Source of the DNA: a virus | Reading direction: 5' to 3' (one strand) | DNA: 64,000 nt | IMG/VR virus record: IMGVR_UViG_3300009702_000500 | Span: 28,333-92,332 of that record | Notes under the pieces: generated by a model | The model's input: the letters and a program-made list of their open reading frames with translations, nothing else | Database searches by the model: none | Told to the model about the DNA's origin: nothing | Position numbers and translations under genes: made by a program | Part shown: positions 29,765 to 40,162 of the stretch, piece after piece | Position numbering within the stretch: the first letter of the stretch is position 1 | How the letters are laid out: each line of letters begins with the position of its first letter

Positions 29765-30794
29765 TAAATCAAATGATGATAAATGGTTGGAGTTTAAACA
29801 ACATATACAAGTATTAAAAAATGCTGTAGATGGTAGACTTCTTCTGGAAACACTCGGGTTTAATATTACAAAAGAAACTTCAAAAGAGTTGCGAGCAGCA
29901 TGTATAATTCATGGTGGTGATAATACAACAGCTTTCAGATTTAATAAAGAAAGGCACACGTGGGTTTGTTTTTCTCACAAATGTCATGAGATATTTGGTA
30001 ATGACGTTATATCACTGATCCGGGCTTGTGAAGACACAGATTTCAGAGGCGCTGTTAATTATCTTCGTGAATTGACAGGCGATATAGATACTAACCCGAG
30101 GAAATTTCTTGAGTTACAAAGGCAGCAAGAGAGGCGCGCATTTATTAGGGAACATTGTACTAAACATAGTGTTCCGCCATATGTGTCAGAGAAACATTTG
30201 CAAAAACATTTACATCTAAGGTCTAATGGATTTATAATAGACGGATTTAAACCAGAAACCTTAGATTATTTTGAAATTGGCGGCGGGTATGTAGATGAAG
30301 AAGGGGATATTAGAGATATCATACCCATAAGAGACCTAGACGGAACCTTATTAGCCTATAGTCAGAGAGATATTCGCCGTAATATAGATATACCAGACGA
30401 TGATAAATACAAAATAACCCCAGGTCTTTTAAAAGATAGAGTACTATATAATTTGAATAATGCTAAGGAGTATCTTCCTAAGAATAAACTTATTATAGTA
30501 GAAGGATTTAAGAGCGTGTGGTGGTTGTATGAAATGGGTATTTATAATGTAGTAGCAGTTATGGGGTCTTCTATTACGCCAGGACAACAAACGCTTTTAT
30601 ATCAGCACGCACACAATGGCATTGTGGTGCTGTTTGATAATGATGTGCCTGGAATAGAAGGTACTCAAAAAGCTTATGAACAGATGTTTAATAAAATAAG
30701 TATTATTCCTATTATTATGTATGGTCCAGAAGGTACTGACCCTGCAGATATAGATAAAGATATTTTATATAAATTCTTGAAAGACTTTGTTTAG
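29718..30794 (+). CDS. dnaG: DNA primase (zinc finger + TOPRIM)
   Basis: CIIH...CFSHKC zinc motif; LYNL; IIVEGF; LFDND.PG; DPAD. Confidence 0.9.
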   Translation: MMTVQTQHSLTKSSFNKSNDDKWLEFKQHIQVLKNAVDGRLLLETLGFNITKETSKELRAACIIHGGDNTTAFRFNKERHTWVCFSHKCHEIFGNDVISLIRACEDTDFRGAVNYLRELTGDIDTNPRKFLELQRQQERRAFIREHCTKHSVPPYVSEKHLQKHLHLRSNGFIIDGFKPETLDYFEIGGGYVDEEGDIRDIIPIRDLDGTLLAYSQRDIRRNIDIPDDDKYKITPGLLKDRVLYNLNNAKEYLPKNKLIIVEGFKSVWWLYEMGIYNVVAVMGSSITPGQQTLLYQHAHNGIVVLFDNDVPGIEGTQKAYEQMFNKISIIPIIMYGPEGTDPADIDKDILYKFLKDFV

Positions 30795-30799
30795 GAGAA

Positions 30800-31129
30800 A
30801 TGATGAGTGATTTGTCAGGAATGAATTTTGTTAGATTAAGAGGCAGAATTAAAAACCCAAAGACTAAAATAGTAGGTCAATATAATTCTATGGTGTTTAA
30901 CGCGTCTTTGGCTATACCGGCACCACACCCACAAACTGGTTTTCAATACATTAAAATTTCTTCTTTTTCTAGAGCAGAGGAACTTTCTGAGTTGGAACCA
31001 AATACTTTTGTGGAACTAGAAGGTCATATAGAAGAGCGTTCTTTTTCTAGTAGTTGTAGACATTGTGGCGGGTATGAAAAGAAATATTGGACCGAGGTTG
31101 TGGTAGATAATTTTGTAGTATTAAGCTAA
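30800..31129 (+). CDS. SSB/PriB-like OB-fold protein
   Basis: NFVRLRGRI, VELEGHIEERS, TEVVVD; no acidic C-terminal tail; internal CRHC. Confidence 0.75.
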   Translation: MMSDLSGMNFVRLRGRIKNPKTKIVGQYNSMVFNASLAIPAPHPQTGFQYIKISSFSRAEELSELEPNTFVELEGHIEERSFSSSCRHCGGYEKKYWTEVVVDNFVVLS

Positions 31130-31141
31130 AGGAGATAGATT

Positions 31142-31504
31142 ATGGAATATTATGGTTTACCATCTATGTTATTGTTCCCTTCAAGCCATTATCGCTTTGA
31201 GGTGGGTGATGATAAATTTGAACTTACATTACCAAAGAAAGGTATTTATAAAGATTTAGACAAAGAATATTTTAAAGGGCACGATGCCGAATTTAAAGAA
31301 TTTGTAGTATTTGATGATGAAACAAATACTTTTTACCCTCCGGCAGTAACAACAGTTTTACTGTCACTTAAAAAATATCCCAGGTTAAGTGTAGGAGAGG
31401 TATTTATGCCATTGAAGTTTGAATTAAAGGAAAAGGATATTGTTATAGTAGGGGTTATAGCTAAACTATTATCCAGCGAGGGGTTGGAAGAAAAGGAGGC
31501 ATAA
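31142..31504 (+). CDS. Hypothetical protein
   Basis: AAGGAG RBS; 120 aa. Confidence 0.65.
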   Translation: MEYYGLPSMLLFPSSHYRFEVGDDKFELTLPKKGIYKDLDKEYFKGHDAEFKEFVVFDDETNTFYPPAVTTVLLSLKKYPRLSVGEVFMPLKFELKEKDIVIVGVIAKLLSSEGLEEKEA

Positions 31505-31505
31505 A

Positions 31506-32258
31506 ATGAATTGGAAGGTGGCACCTATACAGGGCAGACAATTAAGAGATGTTAGGAGAGAAGACATCTTCGGTGATTTTAGGTTATGTGAAACGTACCG
31601 TGGTGGAGGCGGCTATGATCAGTTTCCTAGGATTTTCAAAAGAAGAACCAAGTCTGCGTTAGGAGACACAGATCTAAGCAAACAATTTGTCGTCCAGTTG
31701 TATGGGTGCCCCCTCGATTGTCCCTATTGTTACGTGACAAGAGATGGAGTGTTTGGTAGATATGTAGAGTATAGTACTAAAGAGCTTATAGCAGCATTCG
31801 AAATGTCTGGCACTAATGTGTTTCATCTTATGGGTGGAGCCCCAGCCATTTATTTGGAGCATTGGTCAGAGGTTGTAGAACAATTACCAGAGTATGCTAT
31901 ATTTCACAGTGATTTGATGTTTATTGAAGGCTTATATAATGTTGACTGGTTATCTAAAATAAATAGACCTAATGTATTATTAGCGGTTAATATAAAAGGT
32001 GTAACACAGGAAGATTTTATGAGAAATACCCGCAGAAGATTAGATTGGACTATGTTATGGAAAAATTTAGATACAGTAGTACAATCAAAAGTAAATTTTT
32101 ATTTTACATTTACAAACCCAGATAAGAATTATATAGACGATTTTAAACTGGAATTAATTAAAAGGCATGGATCTAAAATATTAGAAGATTCATATACAAT
32201 AGACTTAGTAAAGTATGATGCTTTGAAAGGAGACATTGATGAAGTGCCCGGAATGTGA
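31506..32258 (+). CDS. Radical SAM protein of unknown function
   Basis: CxxxCxxC (CPLDCPYC) and GGAP motif; AGGAGG RBS. Confidence 0.8.
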   Translation: MNWKVAPIQGRQLRDVRREDIFGDFRLCETYRGGGGYDQFPRIFKRRTKSALGDTDLSKQFVVQLYGCPLDCPYCYVTRDGVFGRYVEYSTKELIAAFEMSGTNVFHLMGGAPAIYLEHWSEVVEQLPEYAIFHSDLMFIEGLYNVDWLSKINRPNVLLAVNIKGVTQEDFMRNTRRRLDWTMLWKNLDTVVQSKVNFYFTFTNPDKNYIDDFKLELIKRHGSKILEDSYTIDLVKYDALKGDIDEVPGM

Positions 32259-32562
32259 TAAAGTGTTATCAGAATTGACAGATAACAACGGTGATGTGTT
32301 TCTTTGTTGTATGGAGTGTGGGATAGTAATGTCTGGTTATAATTCAGATTATAGAATAGAGTTTTATGATGCTGATGATATTGAGGCTTCTATGCTATAT
32401 GACAAGGATAACATTAAGTTGAAAGAAATATCCATCGGTGATTGTATGGAAAACTATATACATAAATGTTTAAGATGTAATTCGTATGGATTTGAGGTAT
32501 CAGAAGGTACTTTTGAATGTATGAAATGTGGATTTGAATGGGAGGTATTTACCATTGAGTAA
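32236..32562 (+). CDS. Double zinc-ribbon protein
   Basis: CPEC..CMEC and CLRC..CMKC pairs. Confidence 0.7.
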   Translation: MMKCPECDKVLSELTDNNGDVFLCCMECGIVMSGYNSDYRIEFYDADDIEASMLYDKDNIKLKEISIGDCMENYIHKCLRCNSYGFEVSEGTFECMKCGFEWEVFTIE

Positions 32563-33328
32563 TGACTATTACGATACGTTGGGAGTAGCAAAAAATGCAA
32601 CTCAAGAAGAGCTTAAAAAGTCTTATAGAGCGCTGTCTATGAAGTATCATCCCGATAGAAACCCAGATGACGCTGAAGCAGAAGAACGATTTAAGAAAAT
32701 TAATGCGGCTTACTCGGTTCTGTCGGATCCTGAAAAAAGACAGCAATATGATAATAGGGATAACCCCTTTATGAACATGATGCATGGCTGGGGGGATATG
32801 ATGGGCAGACCCAGAAGGCCTGACCCAAATGCTCCCAGACGAGGCAATGATCTTAGATACATAGCAGGAGTACCTCTGTACAAAACGGTTCTTGGTGGGG
32901 ATCATACAATTAAATTTAGTTATCAAGATCCATGTGAGAAATGTAATGGTATAGGTGCTTCTGAAACCAGAATTTGTTCAGAATGTAATGGTAGTGGTAT
33001 GAAATCTATGGTTCAGAACCAGGGGAATATGAGAATAATGTCTTCTTCACCTTGTCCTAAGTGCCAAGGAAGTGGTCGAGAGTCTATTAAAAAATGTGAA
33101 CAATGTGATGGTTCTGGGTTTAAAACTTTAGATAAAGAATTTACATTTAAAATACCAATAGGGATACCTGATGGTCATGTATTATCTTTTGCTAATGAGG
33201 GGTGTTCAGGTGTAAATGGCGGTCCGCCAGGAGCATTGCTTGTGAGAGTAGGAATTATAATGCCAAATGCGCAACGAATGTCTGAAGAGCAGAAGGAAAT
33301 GCTAAAAAATTTACCTTATGGAGAATAA
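32555..33328 (+). CDS. dnaJ: DnaJ (Hsp40) co-chaperone
   Basis: DYY..LGV, KYHPD J-domain, four CxxCxGxG repeats, G.NGGPPG; TTG start after GGAGG. Confidence 0.93.
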   Translation: MSNDYYDTLGVAKNATQEELKKSYRALSMKYHPDRNPDDAEAEERFKKINAAYSVLSDPEKRQQYDNRDNPFMNMMHGWGDMMGRPRRPDPNAPRRGNDLRYIAGVPLYKTVLGGDHTIKFSYQDPCEKCNGIGASETRICSECNGSGMKSMVQNQGNMRIMSSSPCPKCQGSGRESIKKCEQCDGSGFKTLDKEFTFKIPIGIPDGHVLSFANEGCSGVNGGPPGALLVRVGIIMPNAQRMSEEQKEMLKNLPYGE

Positions 33329-33331
33329 CAG

Positions 33332-33694
33332 ATGTCAATAACAGTGGCCGCGCGTAAAGCAAAAGCCAGAAGATTACAAAATTGGGCAGCAGAAAAAATA
33401 GCAAAGTTATTGGGATGTAAATGGGGTAAGGATTGTAGTGTGGCTCCTAGAGAAATGGGCCAAAATGGTACTGATGTAAGATTAGTGGGTAGAGCACAAG
33501 AAGACTTCCCTTATTCTGTGGAGTGTAAGTACCAGGAAAGTTGGGCAGTACATGCTTGGATAAAACAGGCTAAAGAAAATCAAAAAGAAGGCACCGATTG
33601 GCTGTTAATATGTAAAAGAAACAATATGAAACCTGTAGTTATAATGGATGCGGAGGCGTTTTTTAAATTGTTAAAGGAGAACAAAGATGTCTAA
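33332..33694 (+). CDS. Holliday junction resolvase-like PD-(D/E)XK nuclease
   Basis: KAK.RR.Q, G.DV, SVECK, W..QA pattern. Confidence 0.75.
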   Translation: MSITVAARKAKARRLQNWAAEKIAKLLGCKWGKDCSVAPREMGQNGTDVRLVGRAQEDFPYSVECKYQESWAVHAWIKQAKENQKEGTDWLLICKRNNMKPVVIMDAEAFFKLLKENKDV

Positions 33695-34850
33695 AAAAGT
33701 TATTAAATTAAGTGCAAGTAGAATAAAGACCTTCTTAGAATGTAAACTTAAGTACAAGTTTATGTATCAAGACAGATTACCAAAGGTATTAAATCCAGCG
33801 TTCAAGATGGGTAATGCTTGTCATGAGTCGTTAGAATTTGCAGGAAATATATGGATGAAGAAGGGCAAGTTTACAAAGACTGATATTAATAAGATTTTGG
33901 AGAAGTATAAGGAAGTATCAGTTAGGGAAGGTATAAGCGATTTTGCGATACATATGAAGGGAGAGGAGTTGGTTAAATCCAGACTAAAAGGGTTTGATTT
34001 AGGCAAAATACTTGGGTTGGAGATCAAATTTGGAATGGGTAAGGGGTCATTAGATATTACAACAGATGATGGAATACCCCTTATTGGCGCTATCGATAAG
34101 TTCATAGAGATAGACTCTGATACAGGGCTCGTAGTAGACTATAAAACTTCTGCTGTGGTTCCTACAGCAGATGATCTGAAACATGATGTACAGCTTTCCA
34201 TCTATGATCTAGTGGCAGCTAAAATACACCCTGAATATAAACGAATTATTCTTAGCTTGGATATGTTAAAGTATGATCCGGTATATACTTATAGAACTGA
34301 AGAGGAAAGGAGGTATTTTTCTGATTATTTAACTATAATACACAAGGAGATGACTAGTTTTACAGAGAAAGACGCTAAACCCACATTAAATATTTTTTGT
34401 CCATGGTGCGAATATAAAGAATTTTGCCCAGAGTATGAAAAAGCGCTTAAGAAATCTGATTACAAATTCTTAAAAACATCTACTATGGAAAGTAGTGAAA
34501 TGTTTAAACAGTGGAAAGACATTAAAAGTCTTATGGCATTGTTAAAAGGCCGTGAACGGGAACTTACTATGTTGATGCAAGAAAGAATACGTGAACAGCA
34601 TGAGCAGATTGAAGAGGGAGGAAAAGAGTTATATATTAGACAAAATGCCCGTGGTAGTTATGATCCAGTAGAAGTAGCAAAGTATGTGCCAGATTATGAA
34701 ACTTTTTCAAAACTGGTATCTACATTGAATAATAAAGCGGTTATGAAGTACGCAGAAACAAATCCAGCATTAAAGAAAAAAATTGAAGAAACAAAACGTG
34801 TTAATTATACCGCACCATTTTTAGCGGTTAAAAATTCTACAAAGAAATAA
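33687..34850 (+). CDS. PD-(D/E)XK exonuclease (Cas4/RecB/AddB-like)
   Basis: LSASRI..F..C..KY, GNACH, G.ID, VDYKT, QLSIY, C.WC....C. Confidence 0.88.
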   Translation: MSKKVIKLSASRIKTFLECKLKYKFMYQDRLPKVLNPAFKMGNACHESLEFAGNIWMKKGKFTKTDINKILEKYKEVSVREGISDFAIHMKGEELVKSRLKGFDLGKILGLEIKFGMGKGSLDITTDDGIPLIGAIDKFIEIDSDTGLVVDYKTSAVVPTADDLKHDVQLSIYDLVAAKIHPEYKRIILSLDMLKYDPVYTYRTEEERRYFSDYLTIIHKEMTSFTEKDAKPTLNIFCPWCEYKEFCPEYEKALKKSDYKFLKTSTMESSEMFKQWKDIKSLMALLKGRERELTMLMQERIREQHEQIEEGGKELYIRQNARGSYDPVEVAKYVPDYETFSKLVSTLNNKAVMKYAETNPALKKKIEETKRVNYTAPFLAVKNSTKK

Positions 34851-34864
34851 GGAGAATTATTATT

Positions 34865-36148
34865 ATGAGTGATCGAATTAAAGTTTTAGCTTATTATGAT
34901 TCACCTACTTGTGCCACTGGTTTTGGTACTGTAAGTAGGAATATTTTTGAAGGGTTGTATCGAACTGGTAGATTTGATATTGAGATTCTTGGTATTAATT
35001 ATTGGGGAGATCCCCATAATTTTCCATATAGGATTTGGCCTACTGGTACAAATAGTCAGAGAGATCCATATGGTCGTAGAAAGATTTGTGGTATGATTCC
35101 TAGAATGGAATTTGATATTTTGTTTTTACTTCAGGATAGTTTTATTTTGGATTTTATGCCAGAATTAATGAATTATATGAAGGCAAACTATACAGGAAAA
35201 TATAAGAGTATTTGTTACTTTCCGGTAGATGGTATTCCAAAAGAACAATGGATTAAAAATGTCGGTGTTGCCGATCATGTGGTGACGTATTCTAATTTTG
35301 GTAAAGCCGAAGCTGAAAAGGCTTGTCCGGAGCTGGGTAAAAACATTGAAATTATTCCTCACGGAGTGAATACTAGTGACTTCTTCCCATTAGATGATGA
35401 AGAAAAATTAAAATTTAGAAAAAGATATTTTGGAAGACATAGTGATAAATTTATTTTTACTAATTTGAACAGAAACCAGCAAAGAAAAGACATTCCTCGT
35501 ACAATTCAAGCGTTTGCTGAGTTTAGAAAACATGTTCCTGAATCTATTTTGTATCTCCACATGGCAAGGCAAGATCAAGGGTGGAATCTACCTGAAGTTT
35601 GTGCATCTTATGGGTTTAATATTAATGATGATGTTATATTTCCTGAAAACTTTGGTCCCAATCAGGGATACCCGATACAGGTAGTCAATATGATCTATAA
35701 CATCAGTGATTGTGTAATTAGCACTACTCTCGGTGAAGGATGGGGGTATTCATGGCATGAGGCTATGGCTACAAAGACGCCTGTTATTATGCCCAATAAC
35801 ACAGCTATTTCAGAAAACATTACCGATGATAGGGGCTGGCTTGTAAAGAGCGGCACAAATCCAAGTTTGTATACGATATTACCACACGATAATGAAGTTC
35901 TTAGACCATTAGTAGATGTTGAAGATATGGTAGAGAAAATGCTTGTTGTGTATGGTGATTATGATGCAGCTATGGATAAAGCAACCAGAGCTTACGAATG
36001 GGCAATTACACAAACAGATTGGCAAAAAGCTGTTGTGCCTAAATGGCTGGCACTCTTTGATAAGGCTTACGAGGAAGTAATTGCTGCTCGCACATCCGGC
36101 GATGAAGAGGACGATAAAGAGAAAAAGATTTCTACAGAGGAATTTTAA
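34865..36148 (+). CDS. Glycosyltransferase, GT-B fold (GT4-like)
   Basis: TGFG.V, IPHGV, NRNQQRKDIP, STTLGEGWG...EAMA. Confidence 0.9.
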   Translation: MSDRIKVLAYYDSPTCATGFGTVSRNIFEGLYRTGRFDIEILGINYWGDPHNFPYRIWPTGTNSQRDPYGRRKICGMIPRMEFDILFLLQDSFILDFMPELMNYMKANYTGKYKSICYFPVDGIPKEQWIKNVGVADHVVTYSNFGKAEAEKACPELGKNIEIIPHGVNTSDFFPLDDEEKLKFRKRYFGRHSDKFIFTNLNRNQQRKDIPRTIQAFAEFRKHVPESILYLHMARQDQGWNLPEVCASYGFNINDDVIFPENFGPNQGYPIQVVNMIYNISDCVISTTLGEGWGYSWHEAMATKTPVIMPNNTAISENITDDRGWLVKSGTNPSLYTILPHDNEVLRPLVDVEDMVEKMLVVYGDYDAAMDKATRAYEWAITQTDWQKAVVPKWLALFDKAYEEVIAARTSGDEEDDKEKKISTEEF

Positions 36149-36199
36149 TTAGAATTATTATGCTTGACAAAATAAAATGTATAAAGAGGATTGTGATAA

Positions 36200-38386
36200 A
36201 TGAAAATAACGGGTATAAAGTATATTGGACCAATTTTCGATCCTTCGGGTTATGCACAGGCATGTAGAGGAAATATAATGGCACTACATAGTCAAGGAGT
36301 GCCATTAACTCTTGCGCCTATTTCTTTTGAACCCACTAGGCCTGACCTGGGAGCGGAAGGTAAAATTTTAAATTCGTTGGTAGATAAGAAGATAGACTAT
36401 AATATAGTATTTATTCATACTACACCAGAGTTCTGGAGCAAGTATAAAGAACCGGATAAAACAAACGTAGGTTATACAATCTGGGAGACTACTAAACTAC
36501 ATCCTGATTGGCCTGGTTATATCAATGAAAATGTAGATAAAGTTCTGGTAGGGTGTACCTGGAATCATGGTGTTTTTAAAGATAGTGGTGTCACTATTCC
36601 CATTGGAGTAGTCCCTCATGGTATAGATATGTCAGAATTCGATGATATCAAAGAATATAACATAGGCGGAGTTTCAAAAGATGACTATGTGTTCTATGAT
36701 ATTTTTCAGTGGTGTTATGATGAAAAAACACGTGTTCTTACTAAGGATGGGTTTAAATATTTTAAAGACTTAAAGTATACAGATTATATAGCTACTTTGA
36801 ATAAAGATACTGATGAGTTAGAATATTACAAGCCTGATAAGATAGTTAAATTTAGACGCAAGGATAAAATGCTGAAATTGAAAGGGACTCAGTTTGACCT
36901 TTGTGTTACACCAGATCACAAAATGGTAGTTAAAGAACATATGAAAGATTCATATAGAGTTTCAAAAACGGATAATTGGCAGTTAAAACCTTTAAATGAA
37001 ATGGTTATAGTTGATCAGAATGGAGATTTAAAGGTTTCTGGTAAATACAGAACAAAGAAAAACTGTATTTGGACTAATTCTTCTGAAAAATCTTTTTCAC
37101 TTCCGGGAAAAAAGGGTGTAGTTTTAAATATGGATTTATTTTTGGAGTTCTTAGGTTGGTATTTATCGGAAGGTTCACTAAACATAATAAAAAGCAATGG
37201 AGCTCATAGAGTAGTTATAACGCAAGTAAAGAGTCAAGAATATAAAAAAGAGATTTGGGACAACATAAAATCTATGGGATTCACACCTATAAATCATGGT
37301 GATAAAGGTATATTATTCAATTCCAAAGACATGTGTTTATATCTTAAACAGTTTGGTGAATGTTATGAAAAGTTTATACCAAAATTTGTAAAGTCCCTAA
37401 GTTCACGACAAATAAAAATACTTTTAACCTCCATGTTTAAAGGTGATGGTAGTTTTCATAAAAATGGGACTTGGTGTAAGTATGTTACTACTTCTAAAAA
37501 ATTGGCGGAAGATATACAGGAGTGTTTATTAAAGATAGGTTATTCAGGTGCGATATCTACTAGTGATCCTACCACAAAGAAGATTGGTAAAATTGATGGT
37601 AGAGAAATTAGAGGTAAACGACTACAATATACCGTATCTGTTAATAGAGAAAACAATGAGCCTAGTATGTATTACGCCGATTTGCAAGAAATAGATTATG
37701 ACGGGTATGTTTATTGTGCCACTGTTCCTAACCATAATATGTTGGTAGAACGTAATGGTAAGATATTATTTTGTGGTAACACCGAGAGGAAACACCCACT
37801 TGTATTGATAAAAGCCTATTGGCACGCTTTTCAGAACAATGAAAATGTAGCGTTGGTGTTGAAAACTTATAGAAGTGACTACAGTGAACCAGAAAAAGAT
37901 GCCATTAGAACTACTATTAAGAGGCTTAAAAAAGTAACCCCTATGGAGAAATACCCCAAGATTTATTTGATTCTTAATTTATTGTCTAACAAAGAGATTA
38001 CTGGCCTACATGCTACAGGGGATTGCTACGTATCTTTTGATAGGGGTGAAGGGTGGGGCCTTGGTCCCTTTACAGCCGCTGCTTGTGGAAATCCTATAAT
38101 AATTACAGGGTTTGGAGGTAGTACAGAATATGCTAAAGAAGACAATTCTTATTTAATAAATTACTCACTTACTCCCGTATTTGGACAGCCTTGGAGCCCT
38201 TGGTATAGAGGTGACCAACTGTGGGCCGAACCAGATGTAAAACACGGTGCAGATCTGATGAGGTATGTGTATGAACATCAAGAAGAAGCTAAACAAAAAG
38301 GTGAAATGATTAAGAAGTATATAGCGGATAACTTTACTTGGAAACATATAGGACAGAAAATAATAAAAGAAATTGAGGAAATTTAA
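36200..38386 (+). CDS. GT4-like glycosyltransferase containing an intein
   Basis: SGYAQA, TIWET, VPHG; W|TERK is restored after intein removal; RGEGWGL. Confidence 0.9.
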   Translation: MKITGIKYIGPIFDPSGYAQACRGNIMALHSQGVPLTLAPISFEPTRPDLGAEGKILNSLVDKKIDYNIVFIHTTPEFWSKYKEPDKTNVGYTIWETTKLHPDWPGYINENVDKVLVGCTWNHGVFKDSGVTIPIGVVPHGIDMSEFDDIKEYNIGGVSKDDYVFYDIFQWCYDEKTRVLTKDGFKYFKDLKYTDYIATLNKDTDELEYYKPDKIVKFRRKDKMLKLKGTQFDLCVTPDHKMVVKEHMKDSYRVSKTDNWQLKPLNEMVIVDQNGDLKVSGKYRTKKNCIWTNSSEKSFSLPGKKGVVLNMDLFLEFLGWYLSEGSLNIIKSNGAHRVVITQVKSQEYKKEIWDNIKSMGFTPINHGDKGILFNSKDMCLYLKQFGECYEKFIPKFVKSLSSRQIKILLTSMFKGDGSFHKNGTWCKYVTTSKKLAEDIQECLLKIGYSGAISTSDPTTKKIGKIDGREIRGKRLQYTVSVNRENNEPSMYYADLQEIDYDGYVYCATVPNHNMLVERNGKILFCGNTERKHPLVLIKAYWHAFQNNENVALVLKTYRSDYSEPEKDAIRTTIKRLKKVTPMEKYPKIYLILNLLSNKEITGLHATGDCYVSFDRGEGWGLGPFTAAACGNPIIITGFGGSTEYAKEDNSYLINYSLTPVFGQPWSPWYRGDQLWAEPDVKHGADLMRYVYEHQEEAKQKGEMIKKYIADNFTWKHIGQKIIKEIEEI
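36713..37780 (+). mobile_element. Intein with LAGLIDADG endonuclease (356 aa) in a glycosyltransferase
   Basis: Starts CYDEKTRVLTKDG; block B VTPDH; FLGWYLSEGS and MFKGDGS; ends VYCATVPNH...FCGN followed by Thr. Confidence 0.92.
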
Positions 38387-39145
38387 GTGAGTACTTTAGA
38401 TAAAATAAAGACTCATTTATTAATTACTGGTAGTGTCAGGTCTGGCACTACCGCAGTGTGTGAATTCTTAAGTAAATCCCCAGGTATTATAATTCCAGCT
38501 GAATTTGCTATGTATAGTGAGTGGGGTGATCCAAATAATTATAGGCGGATTGAGTATATGGTAGGTGCTAAGGTTAATAATCGTATACTTTATTACAAAG
38601 GAATTCATGGTGACTCTTTTGCTAGAAGACTTCATAAAATAAAAGCCACTGGTAAACAAAGCTTGGAAATGTTAGTTAATTTGTGCCCAGATACGGTAGA
38701 AGTATTTGGAGATAAGTTGCCAATAACATACGTCAGTAAGGCAGATAAATTACTTTCTATGTTTGACAATTTAAAAATAATGATTATGATGAGAGATGGA
38801 CGAGATGTAATGGAGTCGCAGGTTCGTCGCGCAAAAGATGCTGATTATGAGGTTTTTTGGCATGAGAAAGATATAAGATCAGCAGAGAGCATTTGGTTAA
38901 ATACTACTAAAGATATTGAAAAGTTAGAAAAAAGTGATAGAATTCTTATTTACAAATATGAAGATTTATTAACTAACCCCTATATGTTTATAGAATCTGT
39001 GTCAAATTTTATAGAAAAGGATGTAAAAATGGTAGAAAACTTCTTTAAACCATCAGAATTTGATTGGCGTATAGAATACCCTGATTTAATGAGTTTTTTA
39101 TCAGATGAATTTAAAGAGAAGTTAAAAAAATTTGGATATCAATAG
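38387..39145 (+). CDS. Sulfotransferase family protein
   Basis: 5'-PSB loop G.VRSGTT; DKLP; RDGRDV..S; YEDL..NP. Confidence 0.85.
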   Translation: MSTLDKIKTHLLITGSVRSGTTAVCEFLSKSPGIIIPAEFAMYSEWGDPNNYRRIEYMVGAKVNNRILYYKGIHGDSFARRLHKIKATGKQSLEMLVNLCPDTVEVFGDKLPITYVSKADKLLSMFDNLKIMIMMRDGRDVMESQVRRAKDADYEVFWHEKDIRSAESIWLNTTKDIEKLEKSDRILIYKYEDLLTNPYMFIESVSNFIEKDVKMVENFFKPSEFDWRIEYPDLMSFLSDEFKEKLKKFGYQ

Positions 39146-39169
39146 AACTATTGGTTCACAGGAGGAAAT

Positions 39170-40162
39170 ATGAGTGTAGTGTTGGTTGGTTTAGGTTATT
39201 GGGGTCCTAATCTATTAAGGGTGCTTAATAAATTAGGAGCTCTAGCCGCAGTGTTTGATATAGATGAGGAAAGATTGAAATTGTTTAGTAGTTTACCAGC
39301 ATATAACGGAGTACATTTTGGTACAGATTGGGAGCGATGTTTAGGTAGAAATGATGTTGATGGAGTAGTAATAGCCACTCCTCCAAGTACTCACTACGAA
39401 ATAGCAAACACAGCTTTATTTACAAATAAAAATGTGTTTATAGAAAAGCCTATGACAGAAAACGTTGAAGAAGCCAAGAGATTAATAAAGTTGGCTGACG
39501 ACATGGATAAAGTGCTAATGGTTGGACATATATTTTTGTATGTACCAGAAGTATTAAAAATAAAAGAAATAATTGATAGTGGTGAAATAGGCGATGTTGT
39601 TTACATCCACGCTTCTAGACTTAATCTTGGTAAGTTTCAAAAAACAAATGTGATAAGTGATCTGTCTCCGCACGACATTTCTATTTTCAATTACCTTCTA
39701 GATGACAATATCACAAGGGTGTATGCTAATGGGTATGGGTTTATAAACAAGGACATTGTAGATGTAGCTAAACTTACCTTTGAATATAGTAAAGGTGTTG
39801 TATGTGATTTACATCTAAGCTGGCTTGATCCGCGCAAAAAAAGAACAACTACCGTTGTAGGTACTAAGAAAATGATTGTGTATGATATGCTTGCTGAAGA
39901 GAAGATAAAAATATATGATAAAGGGGTAGATGTTTTTGATACCAGTGAGCATGGTTCTTATATGCTCGCATACAGACACGGTGATATACATTCTCCAAAC
40001 GTTGAGGTTTGGGAACCTTTACAGAAGGAATGTGAACATTTTTTAGAATGTATTGAATCTAAAAAATTACCAGTAAGTGATGGTGAAAACGGTTTAGCGG
40101 TAGTTAAAGCACTTAATGCTTCTTTAGAATCATTAAAGACTGGAGAATGGGTATGCCTATAA
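39170..40162 (+). CDS. Gfo/Idh/MocA NAD-dependent oxidoreductase (WbpB/WlbA-like sugar 3-dehydrogenase)
   Basis: GLGYWG, IATP..TH, EKP, MVGH, DL.PHD; AGGAGG RBS. Confidence 0.88.
   Translation: MSVVLVGLGYWGPNLLRVLNKLGALAAVFDIDEERLKLFSSLPAYNGVHFGTDWERCLGRNDVDGVVIATPPSTHYEIANTALFTNKNVFIEKPMTENVEEAKRLIKLADDMDKVLMVGHIFLYVPEVLKIKEIIDSGEIGDVVYIHASRLNLGKFQKTNVISDLSPHDISIFNYLLDDNITRVYANGYGFINKDIVDVAKLTFEYSKGVVCDLHLSWLDPRKKRTTTVVGTKKMIVYDMLAEEKIKIYDKGVDVFDTSEHGSYMLAYRHGDIHSPNVEVWEPLQKECEHFLECIESKKLPVSDGENGLAVVKALNASLESLKTGEWVCL

Noticed and set aside
33687-34850. Cas4 as part of a CRISPR-Cas system
   Set aside because: No cas1/cas2 or array. Stand-alone PD-(D/E)XK exonucleases are common in phage replication modules.
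36164-36190. TTGACA upstream of the second glycosyltransferase as a promoter
   Set aside because: No -10 hexamer at 16-18 bp spacing; TATAAA is only 10 bp away.
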